From: an uncultured Planctomycetia bacterium
Lineage (GTDB): Bacteria > Omnitrophota > Gorgyraeia > 1-14-0-20-64-10
Length of the DNA: 64,000 nt
Assembly (NCBI GenBank): GCA_964373715.1
Contig: CAYJVR010000001.1
Span: 21,164-85,163 of the forward strand
Direction: 5' to 3'
A program made the translations under genes and the position numbers. The notes under the pieces were generated by a model. It saw only the letters and a program-made list of their open reading frames with translations, had not been told where the DNA came from and searched no databases. Below, piece by piece: positions 9,706 to 17,729 of the stretch (position 1 is the stretch's first letter; every line of letters begins with the position of its first letter).

Positions 9706-10548
9706 ATGATGGGGAAGCCCAAACTCAGCACCATCTTGTTATCGTTGGCTTTAATCGGCGCGCTTGTCGGCGCAGTGGTTATCTTCCTGGACAGGAATAA
9801 AGAACAGGCCCGCCGTATATGGGTTGAAGACCAGCTTGAGAAGATTAAAGCCGCTAAAGTTTCTTTGGAGCAGGAGAGGGATGAGCTCGCCAAGGTGAAG
9901 GAGACCCTTGAGACCCAGTTGACCGATGCTAACACTCAGGCGAAAAAACTGTCCGAAGAACTCGCCACAGAGAAACGTTCCCGGGATGCCGTATCGGACG
10001 AACTGAACAAGGCCAGGACGCAAGCCTCCGATTTGAATAAGAAGATGCAAATGGTGGAAACCGAAAAGAAGGCGGTTTCGGATGAGTTGGCCAGAGCCAA
10101 GCAGAGTTATCAGGCTTTGAGCAACGAACTGACGACCCTCCGGCAGGCGAAAGAGGCCTTGGAGCGGCGGGTCAAGGAGATGCTGACCGCCCAGAGTTCT
10201 GATGCGGAAAGGATTGTGGTCAATCCGGCTGCTGTTCCAGGAGCAGCCGCTGTTCCCGCAGCTGCGGCTGTTCGGGGCGCAAAGCCGGCGGCTTCCGCCG
10301 TTTCTTCAGGCGCCGGGTTGGAAGGGAAAGTTCTTGTCGTCAATAAAGAGTTTAACTTCGTTGTCGTTAACATCGGCGCGAAAGATGGTTTGCAAAGCGG
10401 CAGCCGCGTGGAGATCAGCCGATCAGGTAAAAAGATCGGATCTGCCCAGGTGGAGCGGCTCTACGACAATATGGCGGCTGCCACAGTCTTGATCGAGGAG
10501 CAGAAAGGGCAGATTAAAGAGGGGGACCTGGTTCAGGTCACCTCTTGA
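9706..10548 (+). CDS. Membrane-anchored coiled-coil protein with an Ala/Pro-rich linker and a small C-terminal beta-rich domain (hypothetical)
   Basis: N-terminal TM helix (LSTILLSLALIGALVGAVVIFL), about 130 aa of heptad-like coiled coil, an AAVPGAAAVPAAAAV linker, and a C-terminal about 80-aa domain (KVLVVNKEFNFVVVNIGAKDGL...). A strong terminator follows. Confidence 0.55.
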   Translation: MMGKPKLSTILLSLALIGALVGAVVIFLDRNKEQARRIWVEDQLEKIKAAKVSLEQERDELAKVKETLETQLTDANTQAKKLSEELATEKRSRDAVSDELNKARTQASDLNKKMQMVETEKKAVSDELARAKQSYQALSNELTTLRQAKEALERRVKEMLTAQSSDAERIVVNPAAVPGAAAVPAAAAVRGAKPAASAVSSGAGLEGKVLVVNKEFNFVVVNIGAKDGLQSGSRVEISRSGKKIGSAQVERLYDNMAAATVLIEEQKGQIKEGDLVQVTS

Positions 10549-10563
10549 TCCTCCCGTAGAGGC

Positions 10564-10608
10564 GAAGCCGTAAGGATGATCCACCGCTTCCTTACGGCTT
10601 CCTTTTTT
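10564..10608 (+). terminator. Rho-independent terminator (13-bp perfect stem plus T6)
   Basis: gaagccgtaagga (10564-10576) pairs with tccttacggcttc (10589-10601), followed by tttttt (10603-10608). Confidence 0.7.
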
Positions 10609-10622
10609 CCAGCATTTGCCCT

Positions 10623-11909
10623 ATGAGTGATATGACCGTTCATCCCGGTTCGTTCCTGCACGGAGAGGTTTCCTTTCCCGGAGATAAATCCATTTCCCAT
10701 AGGTCCCTCATGTTCGGAGCGATCAGCGAGGGGACGACACGCGTTTCCAACTGCCTCTGCTCGGTCGATGTCGAGATGACCCGGAAAGCGGTTCAGGCTT
10801 TAGGGGTTAAGATAGAAGAGGAAGGAAGGGACCTGCTCGTCTACGGGGCCGGGCACGGCAAGTTGAAAGCTCCCACCGGTTTCCTCGATATGGGGAATTC
10901 GGGCACGACGACACGCCTTTTGATGGGAATATTGGCGGGACAGCCGTTCAGCGCAACCCTTTTCGGAGACGCCTCCCTGTCAAAGCGTCCCATGAAACGG
11001 GTGACCGAACCTCTCGGAAAGATGGGGGCCAAGATTGACGGTCCCAACGGGCCGGACCGCCTTCCCCTGACAATCCATGGCGGCCACCTTCGAGGCATCC
11101 GCTACGCGCCCGCTGTGGTCAGCGCTCAGGTGAAATCGGCGCTTCTGCTAGCCGGGCTTTACGCCGAAGGGGTGACTACCGTCGTGGAACCTTCCGTGTC
11201 GCGGGACCACACGGAGCGGATGCTCCGCTTCTTCGGTGCGCTTGTTCGGAAGGAGGGGTTTGAAATTTCTGTGGAGCCCGGGGGCCGGATGAAGGGGCGC
11301 GATCTTGCTGTTCCGGGGGATATTTCCAGCGCCGCTTTCTTTCTCGTGGCGGCCAGCATTGTTCCGGGATCGTCGGTGATGGCCCGGGGGGTAGGGCTTA
11401 ACCCGACACGGACCGGATTGCTGGATCTGTTGACCCGGATGGGAATGAAATTAGAGATTTCTTCCCGGACCGGCGATGAGTGGGAGCCGGTTGGCGACAT
11501 TCACGCGGCGTACGGCCCTCTTCTGGGAATTACGGTGGAATCGGGCATGATTCCGCGCGTGATTGACGAACTGCCTATTCTTATGGTGGCCGCCACGCAG
11601 GCGCAAGGCCGGACGGTGATCCAAGGGGCGGGGGAGCTGCGGGTCAAAGAGACCGACAGGATCCATTCGATGATCACCGGTCTTGCCGCAATGGGAGCGG
11701 ATATCCGTTCGGAAGGGGATTCGGTCGTCATTGAAGGGCCGACCCGGCTCCATGCGGCGAGAGTGGACTCTTTCCAAGACCATCGGACCGCGATGGCTCT
11801 GGCCGTGGCCGCGCTGACAGCCAAGGAGCCATCGTCGATCACTGGTTCCGAGTGGGTGGATATCTCGTTCCCCGATTTCTGGGATAAGCTCAAGTTCATT
11901 CGTAGTTGA
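10623..11909 (+). CDS. aroA: 3-phosphoshikimate 1-carboxyvinyltransferase (EPSP synthase)
   Basis: 428 aa. LHGEVSFPGDKSISHRSLMFGAIS and NSGTTTRLL motifs. Confidence 0.9.
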   Translation: MSDMTVHPGSFLHGEVSFPGDKSISHRSLMFGAISEGTTRVSNCLCSVDVEMTRKAVQALGVKIEEEGRDLLVYGAGHGKLKAPTGFLDMGNSGTTTRLLMGILAGQPFSATLFGDASLSKRPMKRVTEPLGKMGAKIDGPNGPDRLPLTIHGGHLRGIRYAPAVVSAQVKSALLLAGLYAEGVTTVVEPSVSRDHTERMLRFFGALVRKEGFEISVEPGGRMKGRDLAVPGDISSAAFFLVAASIVPGSSVMARGVGLNPTRTGLLDLLTRMGMKLEISSRTGDEWEPVGDIHAAYGPLLGITVESGMIPRVIDELPILMVAATQAQGRTVIQGAGELRVKETDRIHSMITGLAAMGADIRSEGDSVVIEGPTRLHAARVDSFQDHRTAMALAVAALTAKEPSSITGSEWVDISFPDFWDKLKFIRS

Positions 11910-11994
11910 CACTCCTCGACGCCGGCTGTTAGAATAGCTGCGTTGTAAATCTTAGCAGGAAACACCCTTACCAACATTTTCGGGGAGATTCTCC

Positions 11995-13068
11995 ATGCCT
12001 AACAACGGTCATTGGTCCGACGAAGCTTATAACGGAGTTCTCGGTTTATTCTCCAACGATATGGGGATTGACCTGGGAACGGCCACGACTCTTGTTTTTG
12101 TTAAAGGGCAGGGGATTGTTTTGTGCGAGCCTTCCGTTGTCGCTATCCCTCGGGGCGGCGGTGAAGTACTGGCGGTAGGGGAAGAGGCCAAACGGATGCT
12201 TGGCCGGACGCCCGGTTCCATCTTAGCGATACGCCCGATGAAGGATGGGGTGATCGCCGATTTCGACGTGACCGAACAGATGCTCCGCCATTTCATCAAA
12301 AAGGTGCACAATCACCGGGTTCTCGTGCGTCCCCGGATGGTCATTGCCGTTCCTTCCGGCATTACCGAGGTGGAGAAGCGGGCTGTGCGCGATTCCGCGC
12401 TTCACGCGGGCGCCAGGGAGGTGCATCTCGTTCCTGAGCCGATTGCCGCGGCAATCGGAGTCGGATTGCCGATCCATGAGCCTGCCGGAAACATGATTGT
12501 GGACATCGGCGGCGGGACGACCGAGATCGCGGTCATCTCCTTGTCCGATAGCGTTTTCTCGAAGTCTATCCGCGTGGGCGGCGATGAGATGGATGACGCG
12601 ATCATCCAGCATTTGAAGAAAACGTACAATCTCATGATCGGCGAGCGGACGGCTGAGGAGATTAAGGTGAAGATTGGGTCCGCTTATCCTCTTGAACAGG
12701 AGGTCACGATGGAGGTCCGGGGGCGGGACCTCGTCGCCGGCTTGCCTAAATCGGTCGCGATCTCTTCTGAGGAAATCAGGGAAGCTTTGGCGGAGCCGAT
12801 TGCCCAGATCGTCGAAGCGGTCCGCATCACCTTGGAGCGGACGCCGCCGGAGCTTTCTTCCGACCTCATTGAGCGGGGCGTGGTTCTCGCCGGAGGAGGA
12901 TCTCTTTTGAAGGGTATTGACCGCCTTTTGGCGGAGGAGACGGGCCTGCCGTTTCACCTGGCCGACGATCCGATCACGGCCGTCGCTCTGGGCACAGGAA
13001 AGTATTTGAGCGACCTGAAGACTCTGCGCCGCGTCGCCACGGCTTCTTCCCGGTGGAGTGAATCTTAA
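11995..13068 (+). CDS. mreB: Rod-shape-determining actin homolog MreB
   Basis: [32 protein letters not shown], and [13 protein letters not shown] phosphate-2 motif. GGGGAG RBS lies 8 nt before ATG 11995. Confidence 0.9.
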   Translation: MPNNGHWSDEAYNGVLGLFSNDMGIDLGTATTLVFVKGQGIVLCEPSVVAIPRGGGEVLAVGEEAKRMLGRTPGSILAIRPMKDGVIADFDVTEQMLRHFIKKVHNHRVLVRPRMVIAVPSGITEVEKRAVRDSALHAGAREVHLVPEPIAAAIGVGLPIHEPAGNMIVDIGGGTTEIAVISLSDSVFSKSIRVGGDEMDDAIIQHLKKTYNLMIGERTAEEIKVKIGSAYPLEQEVTMEVRGRDLVAGLPKSVAISSEEIREALAEPIAQIVEAVRITLERTPPELSSDLIERGVVLAGGGSLLKGIDRLLAEETGLPFHLADDPITAVALGTGKYLSDLKTLRRVATASSRWSES

Positions 13069-13074
13069 AAACAG

Positions 13075-13150
13075 CCGTAAGGATTAAGCGGTAAGGATTA
13101 AGCGACACATCGCTTGAAGCGCTGGCTGCTTTGATCCTTACGGTTTAAAA
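13075..13150. repeat. Structured mreB-mreC intergenic element: tandem 14-bp direct repeat plus 10-bp inverted repeat sharing the CCGTAAGGA motif
   Basis: gtaaggattaagcg occurs twice in tandem (13077-13090 and 13091-13104). ccgtaaggat (13076-13085) and atccttacgg (13139-13148) form an inverted pair. The same motif builds the 10564 terminator stem. Confidence 0.5.
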
Positions 13151-13168
13151 CTTACGGCTCATTTTTTG

Positions 13169-13984
13169 ATGCGACGGAAGCTTGAACGTTACACTGTCCT
13201 TGTATTTCTAGTTGCCTCTCCTTTTTGGCTGCCCTCCATCCCCAAGGAGACAGGGGGTTCCCTGAGGTTAAAACTCGCCAGCTTGTTTCAGCCCGCGATC
13301 ATGGCAGTCCAATCCTTTCAGGTAGGTTTCCGGAGGTTAGGGGGAGGGTTGCTCCAGTGGCCTTTTCTCCAGGAAGAAAACCGGTTTCTCCACAAGCAGG
13401 TTGAAACCCTCTGGGCCCATGAAAAGGTTCACGGGGAGTTGTTTGAAGAGAATGCCCGCCTGCGGGCCCTGTTGGATCTGAAGGTTAAAAGCGCGTGGCG
13501 GCTTACTTCCGCCGAAGTGGCGTCGCGCGAGTTCAGCGTTTGGTCGCGGACGCTGTTGATTGATAAAGGAAGCCGTCATGGGATTCAGTCCGGCATGGCG
13601 GTGATTGTCCCTGCCGGACTTATCGGCCGGGTGTCGGAGGTGGGGCCTTCTTTGAGCAGGGTTACCCTTTTGAACGATCCGCATTTCCGGGTGGCGGCCA
13701 CAGCCTCCTCTTCGAGGGTCATGGGCTTGATGGTGGGGACCGCTTCGGGAGAGACGTTGATTACCTATGTGCCGCTTGACGCTCATCTCAAAGCGGGAGA
13801 ATTGGTCTCCTCTTCCGGAGGAACCAGTTTTTGTCCGGGGGATGTTCCCATCGGCATGATATCGGCCGTCATGGGAGATCCTTCCCACCTGTTCCAGTCT
13901 GCCCGGATCCGTCCGCTGGCCGATTTAAGCGCTGTTGAAGAGGTCTTGGTCGTGACATGGCCTTCCACAGAGTCTGCCTCTTAA
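13169..13984 (+). CDS. mreC: Rod-shape-determining protein MreC
   Basis: N-terminal TM/coiled coil, then the MreC beta-barrel region (GLIGRVSEVGPSLSRVTLLNDP...). Lies between mreB and mreD. Confidence 0.8.
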   Translation: MRRKLERYTVLVFLVASPFWLPSIPKETGGSLRLKLASLFQPAIMAVQSFQVGFRRLGGGLLQWPFLQEENRFLHKQVETLWAHEKVHGELFEENARLRALLDLKVKSAWRLTSAEVASREFSVWSRTLLIDKGSRHGIQSGMAVIVPAGLIGRVSEVGPSLSRVTLLNDPHFRVAATASSSRVMGLMVGTASGETLITYVPLDAHLKAGELVSSSGGTSFCPGDVPIGMISAVMGDPSHLFQSARIRPLADLSAVEEVLVVTWPSTESAS

Positions 13985-14472
13985 TCGTTTTTCTCTGGAT
14001 CATCGAGTTTCTTTTCCTGCCGATTATCCCTCTGGCGAAGATCCTGGTGGATCCTCTTTTTATATTTCTTGTGTTCCGCGGTCTTCAGGCTTCTTCCGGG
14101 CGGTTCCTGTGGGCCGAAGGGGTTTTCCTTGGCTTGTTGAAGGATTTGGCTACAGGAGGACTTTTCGGCGGGTTTGCCTGCTCGTTTGGATTTATCGGCT
14201 GGCTGCTCGGCCAAAGCCAGCATCTTGTTGAGAAGGAAGATCCGTTGATCCAGGCGGTTTGGGCAGGGTTTCTGACCGCTTTCCAATGGGTTGTTTATGG
14301 ATTATTAGTTGTTCTGGCGGAAAAAACGGTTGGTTGGGGCCGGGGATGGGGGCTTCTCCTTCCTTTGGCGGTCGCGGCCAACTGCGGGTCTGCTTTCTGG
14401 GTTTTTCCTTATTTTCGCCGGTTTCTCAAAGTCCGTGACAAGCGGAGGATTGACCTCTTCGTGGCTCAGTGA
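13957..14472 (+). CDS. mreD: Rod-shape-determining protein MreD
   Basis: 171 aa polytopic hydrophobic protein directly after mreC and before pbp2. Start uncertain. Confidence 0.6.
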   Translation: MAFHRVCLLIVFLWIIEFLFLPIIPLAKILVDPLFIFLVFRGLQASSGRFLWAEGVFLGLLKDLATGGLFGGFACSFGFIGWLLGQSQHLVEKEDPLIQAVWAGFLTAFQWVVYGLLVVLAEKTVGWGRGWGLLLPLAVAANCGSAFWVFPYFRRFLKVRDKRRIDLFVAQ

Positions 14473-14509
14473 ACGGACGAATAAGGGTTTTCCAAACCGG
14501 GATTTTCTC

Positions 14510-16234
14510 ATGAGGATTCTGATCCTCCAGCGGATCATTCTGGCTACCGTGGTTCTTTTATGGGGGGCCCTTTTTTCTTTCCAGGTCATCCACGGGGTGG
14601 AGTATCGGGGGAAGTCGGAGAAGAATAGGACGCGGCTCATCCCTCTTCCCGCCTCACGCGGGGCGATCCTGGACAGGCGCGGCGTTCCCCTCGCGGAGGA
14701 TCGTATGAGCTTTGAGCTGGCCGCGTTTCCCCAGGAGATCAAAGATCCCGGCGCTCTCTGGCAGAAACTCCAGCCGTTGGTGGGACAATCTCCCGAGGCG
14801 ATGGCTAAAGCGTACCGGAAAGGTTTTCAGGGCCCCTTTTCACCTGTGCCGATCGTCAAGAATCTTTCCAGCGAGGCGGCATTCCGGATTGAGGAGGATA
14901 AAACAGATCTTCCCGGCGTTATGGTCCGCCCTGTGCCGAAGAGAGATTATCCTCTCGGCGCCGCCCAGGGATCGGCGCTCGGATACATCGGCATTATCTC
15001 CCAGGCGGAGTTGACCCGCCTGAAGTCTTACGGTTATTCTTACCGCGATTACGTCGGCAAGGACGGCCTGGAGCAGATGTACGATAATGTCCTCCGCGGA
15101 AAACCGGGAGGCTTGCTTGTGGAGGTCAACGCCCGGGGGAAAATGGTCCGGCAGCTTGGGTTCCGAAAACCGGAAACGGGCCGCCAGATCACGGTCTCGC
15201 TCGACGGCCGGCTTCAGGAATTCTGCTATAAACTTCTTGATGAGAGACCGGGGGCGATCGTTGTGATGGACAACGCGACCGGCGAAATATTGGCCCTCGT
15301 CAGTTCCCCATCATTCGACCCCAATGCTTTTCTCGATTCGAACCGTTCGGAGGAGGTGCGTCGTTATCTCCACTCTCCGAAGAACCCGATGTTCAACCGG
15401 ACGATCTGGTCGGTTGTTCCGCCCGCTTCGACATTTAAGATAGCTGTCGCGGCTCATGCGCTCCAGCTGGGCAAGATTTCGGGGGACACCACGTTTGAAT
15501 GCAAAGGATTTTTCCAGCTTGGCGCGAGGGCTTTTAAATGCTGGTGGGCGGAAGGGCACGGTCGGCAGACGGTGACCGGCGCCCTGGAGCACTCCTGCGA
15601 CGTTTTTTTCTACAATACGGGGCGGCGGATCCGGGCGGATGGGGTTGCTCAGGCGGCGCGCCTCTTCGGGCTCGGTACTCGTACCGGGATCGATTTGCGG
15701 GGAGAGAACAACGGGTTCGTCCCGGATCCGGCCTGGATGAGAGAGATTGTCCATCAGCCTTGGCAGGAGGGAGACACCCTTTCTTTTTGTATTGGACAGG
15801 GGGCTTTGACGGCAACCCCGCTGCAGGTCATGATGCTTTTTGCCATCCTGGCCAATAACGGTTACTCCCCGCATCCCCACCTCCTCCTTAAAGTGGAAGG
15901 GGAGCCGGAGATGAGGGTGCCTGCTAAAGGCAGGCAGGTGGCGCTTCGGCCCGAGGTGATCGCGCGCGTGAAAGAAGGGATGGAAAAGGTGGTGAGTTCC
16001 GACACAGGGACCGGCCGCCTCGCCCAGTTGCCCGGCATTCCGGTTGCCGGCAAGACCGGAACGGCGCAGGTGACGAAAGGGCTTTCTCACGCCTGGTTTG
16101 GCGGATATGTGCCGGCGGATCACCCTAAGGTCAGTTTCATTGTTTTTCTTGATCATGGGGGGAGGGGCGGCGCGGAGGCCGCTTTCCTGGCGAGGGACAT
16201 GCTGGTATGTCTCCACGAGCTGGGGTATATTTGA
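14510..16234 (+). CDS. mrdA: Penicillin-binding protein 2 (elongasome transpeptidase)
   Basis: PBP dimerisation plus transpeptidase domains: STFK active-site serine motif, SxN and KTGT motifs. Start at ATG 14510, after the mreD stop. Confidence 0.85.
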   Translation: MRILILQRIILATVVLLWGALFSFQVIHGVEYRGKSEKNRTRLIPLPASRGAILDRRGVPLAEDRMSFELAAFPQEIKDPGALWQKLQPLVGQSPEAMAKAYRKGFQGPFSPVPIVKNLSSEAAFRIEEDKTDLPGVMVRPVPKRDYPLGAAQGSALGYIGIISQAELTRLKSYGYSYRDYVGKDGLEQMYDNVLRGKPGGLLVEVNARGKMVRQLGFRKPETGRQITVSLDGRLQEFCYKLLDERPGAIVVMDNATGEILALVSSPSFDPNAFLDSNRSEEVRRYLHSPKNPMFNRTIWSVVPPASTFKIAVAAHALQLGKISGDTTFECKGFFQLGARAFKCWWAEGHGRQTVTGALEHSCDVFFYNTGRRIRADGVAQAARLFGLGTRTGIDLRGENNGFVPDPAWMREIVHQPWQEGDTLSFCIGQGALTATPLQVMMLFAILANNGYSPHPHLLLKVEGEPEMRVPAKGRQVALRPEVIARVKEGMEKVVSSDTGTGRLAQLPGIPVAGKTGTAQVTKGLSHAWFGGYVPADHPKVSFIVFLDHGGRGGAEAAFLARDMLVCLHELGYI

Positions 16235-16238
16235 CCCC

Positions 16239-17342
16239 ATGCTTAACAGGCGTCAGTTTCGGGGGATTGACAAACCTCTCTTTTTTGCGGCCCTCGGTCT
16301 CTTGGCACTCGGGCTTCTGACTCTGTACAGCGCCTCTTTTCAGAAGGCCCAGGATTTAGGCGTCAGCTACATCAACCGCCAGCTCATGTGGGCGGCGATC
16401 GGGGCGGTCTTGGCGATCCTGCTGGTGAACCTCGATTATCACCGGTGGCTCGAGTGGTCCTACGCGTTTTACGCGCTGAATCTTCTTCTACTGGCCATCG
16501 TCTTGGTTGCCGGGGTCACGCGGGGCGGCGCTCAGCGCTGGCTGAGTTTCGGCGGATTGACGATTCAGCCTTCTGAGTTCGCCAAGATCACCACCATATT
16601 GGCTCTTACCCGTTATCTCGGTTCTCACCGGGAGATGACCAGTTTCAGCTGGAAGGCCATTTTCTTCGTGGGCGCTTTGGTCGTCCCTCCGATAGGCTTC
16701 ATTTTAAAAGAGCCGAATCTCGGGACTGCCTTCGTCTTCATTCCGGTGACTTTGGCCATGCTGCTTGTTTGGGGAATCCGTCTCAAGGTTTTGGGGATTA
16801 TTCTCGGAACGGGTGTCGCCGTTTCCCCTATTCTCTGGCACGGGTTGAAGGAGTACCAGCGTTCCCGGCTGATGGTCTTCATGAACCCGAACTTGGATCC
16901 TTTAGGCGCCGGCTATACGGTAATCCAGTCTAAAATTGCCATTGGTTCCGGCGGCCTGTTGGGGAAGGGGTGGTTTTCCGGAACGCAGAACCAGCTCAAC
17001 TTCCTGCCCGAGCGCCACACCGATTTCATCTTCTCGATCGTTGGGGAAGAATGGGGTTTTTTGGGGACGACCGTTTGTTTAGCCCTCTTCGTGGTGATCT
17101 TCTCCCGGGGCATCTTGATCGCGACCCAAACCCGCGACCCGTTCGGCCGTTTGCTGATCATCGGACTGGTGACGATGCTGTGGTTCCACGTTATGGTCAA
17201 CATCGGCATGACGATGGGACTGATGCCGGTCGTCGGTCTGCCTCTGCCGTTCTTAAGCTATGGCGGTTCCTGGACGCTGACCTGCCTTGTGGCCGTCGGA
17301 ATTATCCTCTCGGTCGGTGTCCGCAGGTCCCTTTACTCCTAA
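16239..17342 (+). CDS. rodA: SEDS-family peptidoglycan polymerase RodA
   Basis: FtsW/RodA 10-TM topology with conserved SEDS-family blocks. Start at ATG 16239, 5 nt after the pbp2 stop. Confidence 0.85.
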   Translation: MLNRRQFRGIDKPLFFAALGLLALGLLTLYSASFQKAQDLGVSYINRQLMWAAIGAVLAILLVNLDYHRWLEWSYAFYALNLLLLAIVLVAGVTRGGAQRWLSFGGLTIQPSEFAKITTILALTRYLGSHREMTSFSWKAIFFVGALVVPPIGFILKEPNLGTAFVFIPVTLAMLLVWGIRLKVLGIILGTGVAVSPILWHGLKEYQRSRLMVFMNPNLDPLGAGYTVIQSKIAIGSGGLLGKGWFSGTQNQLNFLPERHTDFIFSIVGEEWGFLGTTVCLALFVVIFSRGILIATQTRDPFGRLLIIGLVTMLWFHVMVNIGMTMGLMPVVGLPLPFLSYGGSWTLTCLVAVGIILSVGVRRSLYS

Positions 17343-17549
17343 GAGCCAGCTCTAAGCTCCTCCTTCCTTAATAATAGAGCTCTGTTGATCCCTTGTTGAG
17401 TTCGGATTGTTTGTGCAAAGTATAGTTTGCGTCTAGTTATCAGAACCTTGAATTAACAAGCAGGAATAATCCATACTTGCACCGAGTGGTCATCATCTGT
17501 GTATGGTGATCTTCAATGAAGTTAGATTGCAGATAATAGAGAGTCTTCT
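17343..17549 (+). promoter_or_regulatory. AT-richer 207-bp intergenic region, probable promoter/regulatory region for the pilus-associated genes
   Basis: This is the only sizeable non-coding gap in the first 25 kb, with a local GC drop. No confident -35/-10 or sigma-54 box was identified. Confidence 0.3.
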
Positions 17550-17729
17550 ATGGATCGATTGATGACAATAGAAGAGGTCGCGGCCTATATGCAGATAAGC
17601 CGGTTCACTGTTTACCGGCTGGCCAAGGATCGTTCCATCCCGGCGACTAAAATTGGTCGGCAGTGGCGTTTCCATAAAGATGAAATTGACCGATGGATGA
17701 GGGAAAGATGCCAAAGAGATCCCCAATAG
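17550..17729 (+). CDS. Small stand-alone helix-turn-helix protein (excisionase/MerR-like HTH_17 family)
   Basis: 59 aa, MDRLMTIEEVAAYMQISRFTVYRLAKDRSIPATKIGRQWRFHKDEIDRWM. Below the ORF-track size cutoff. Overlaps the next gene by 37 nt in another frame. Confidence 0.55.
   Translation: MDRLMTIEEVAAYMQISRFTVYRLAKDRSIPATKIGRQWRFHKDEIDRWMRERCQRDPQ

Noticed and set aside
12223-12957. 244-aa minus-strand ORF antisense to mreB
   Set aside because: Lies entirely within the well-supported mreB coding sequence. No motifs. A typical GC-rich antisense artefact.
17550-17729. Excisionase-family HTH as evidence of a prophage or integrative element
   Set aside because: No integrase, att-like repeats, tRNA or phage genes nearby. 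The surrounding genes are core (rodA) and pilus genes. The HTH_17 fold recurs fused to non-phage domains in this window.
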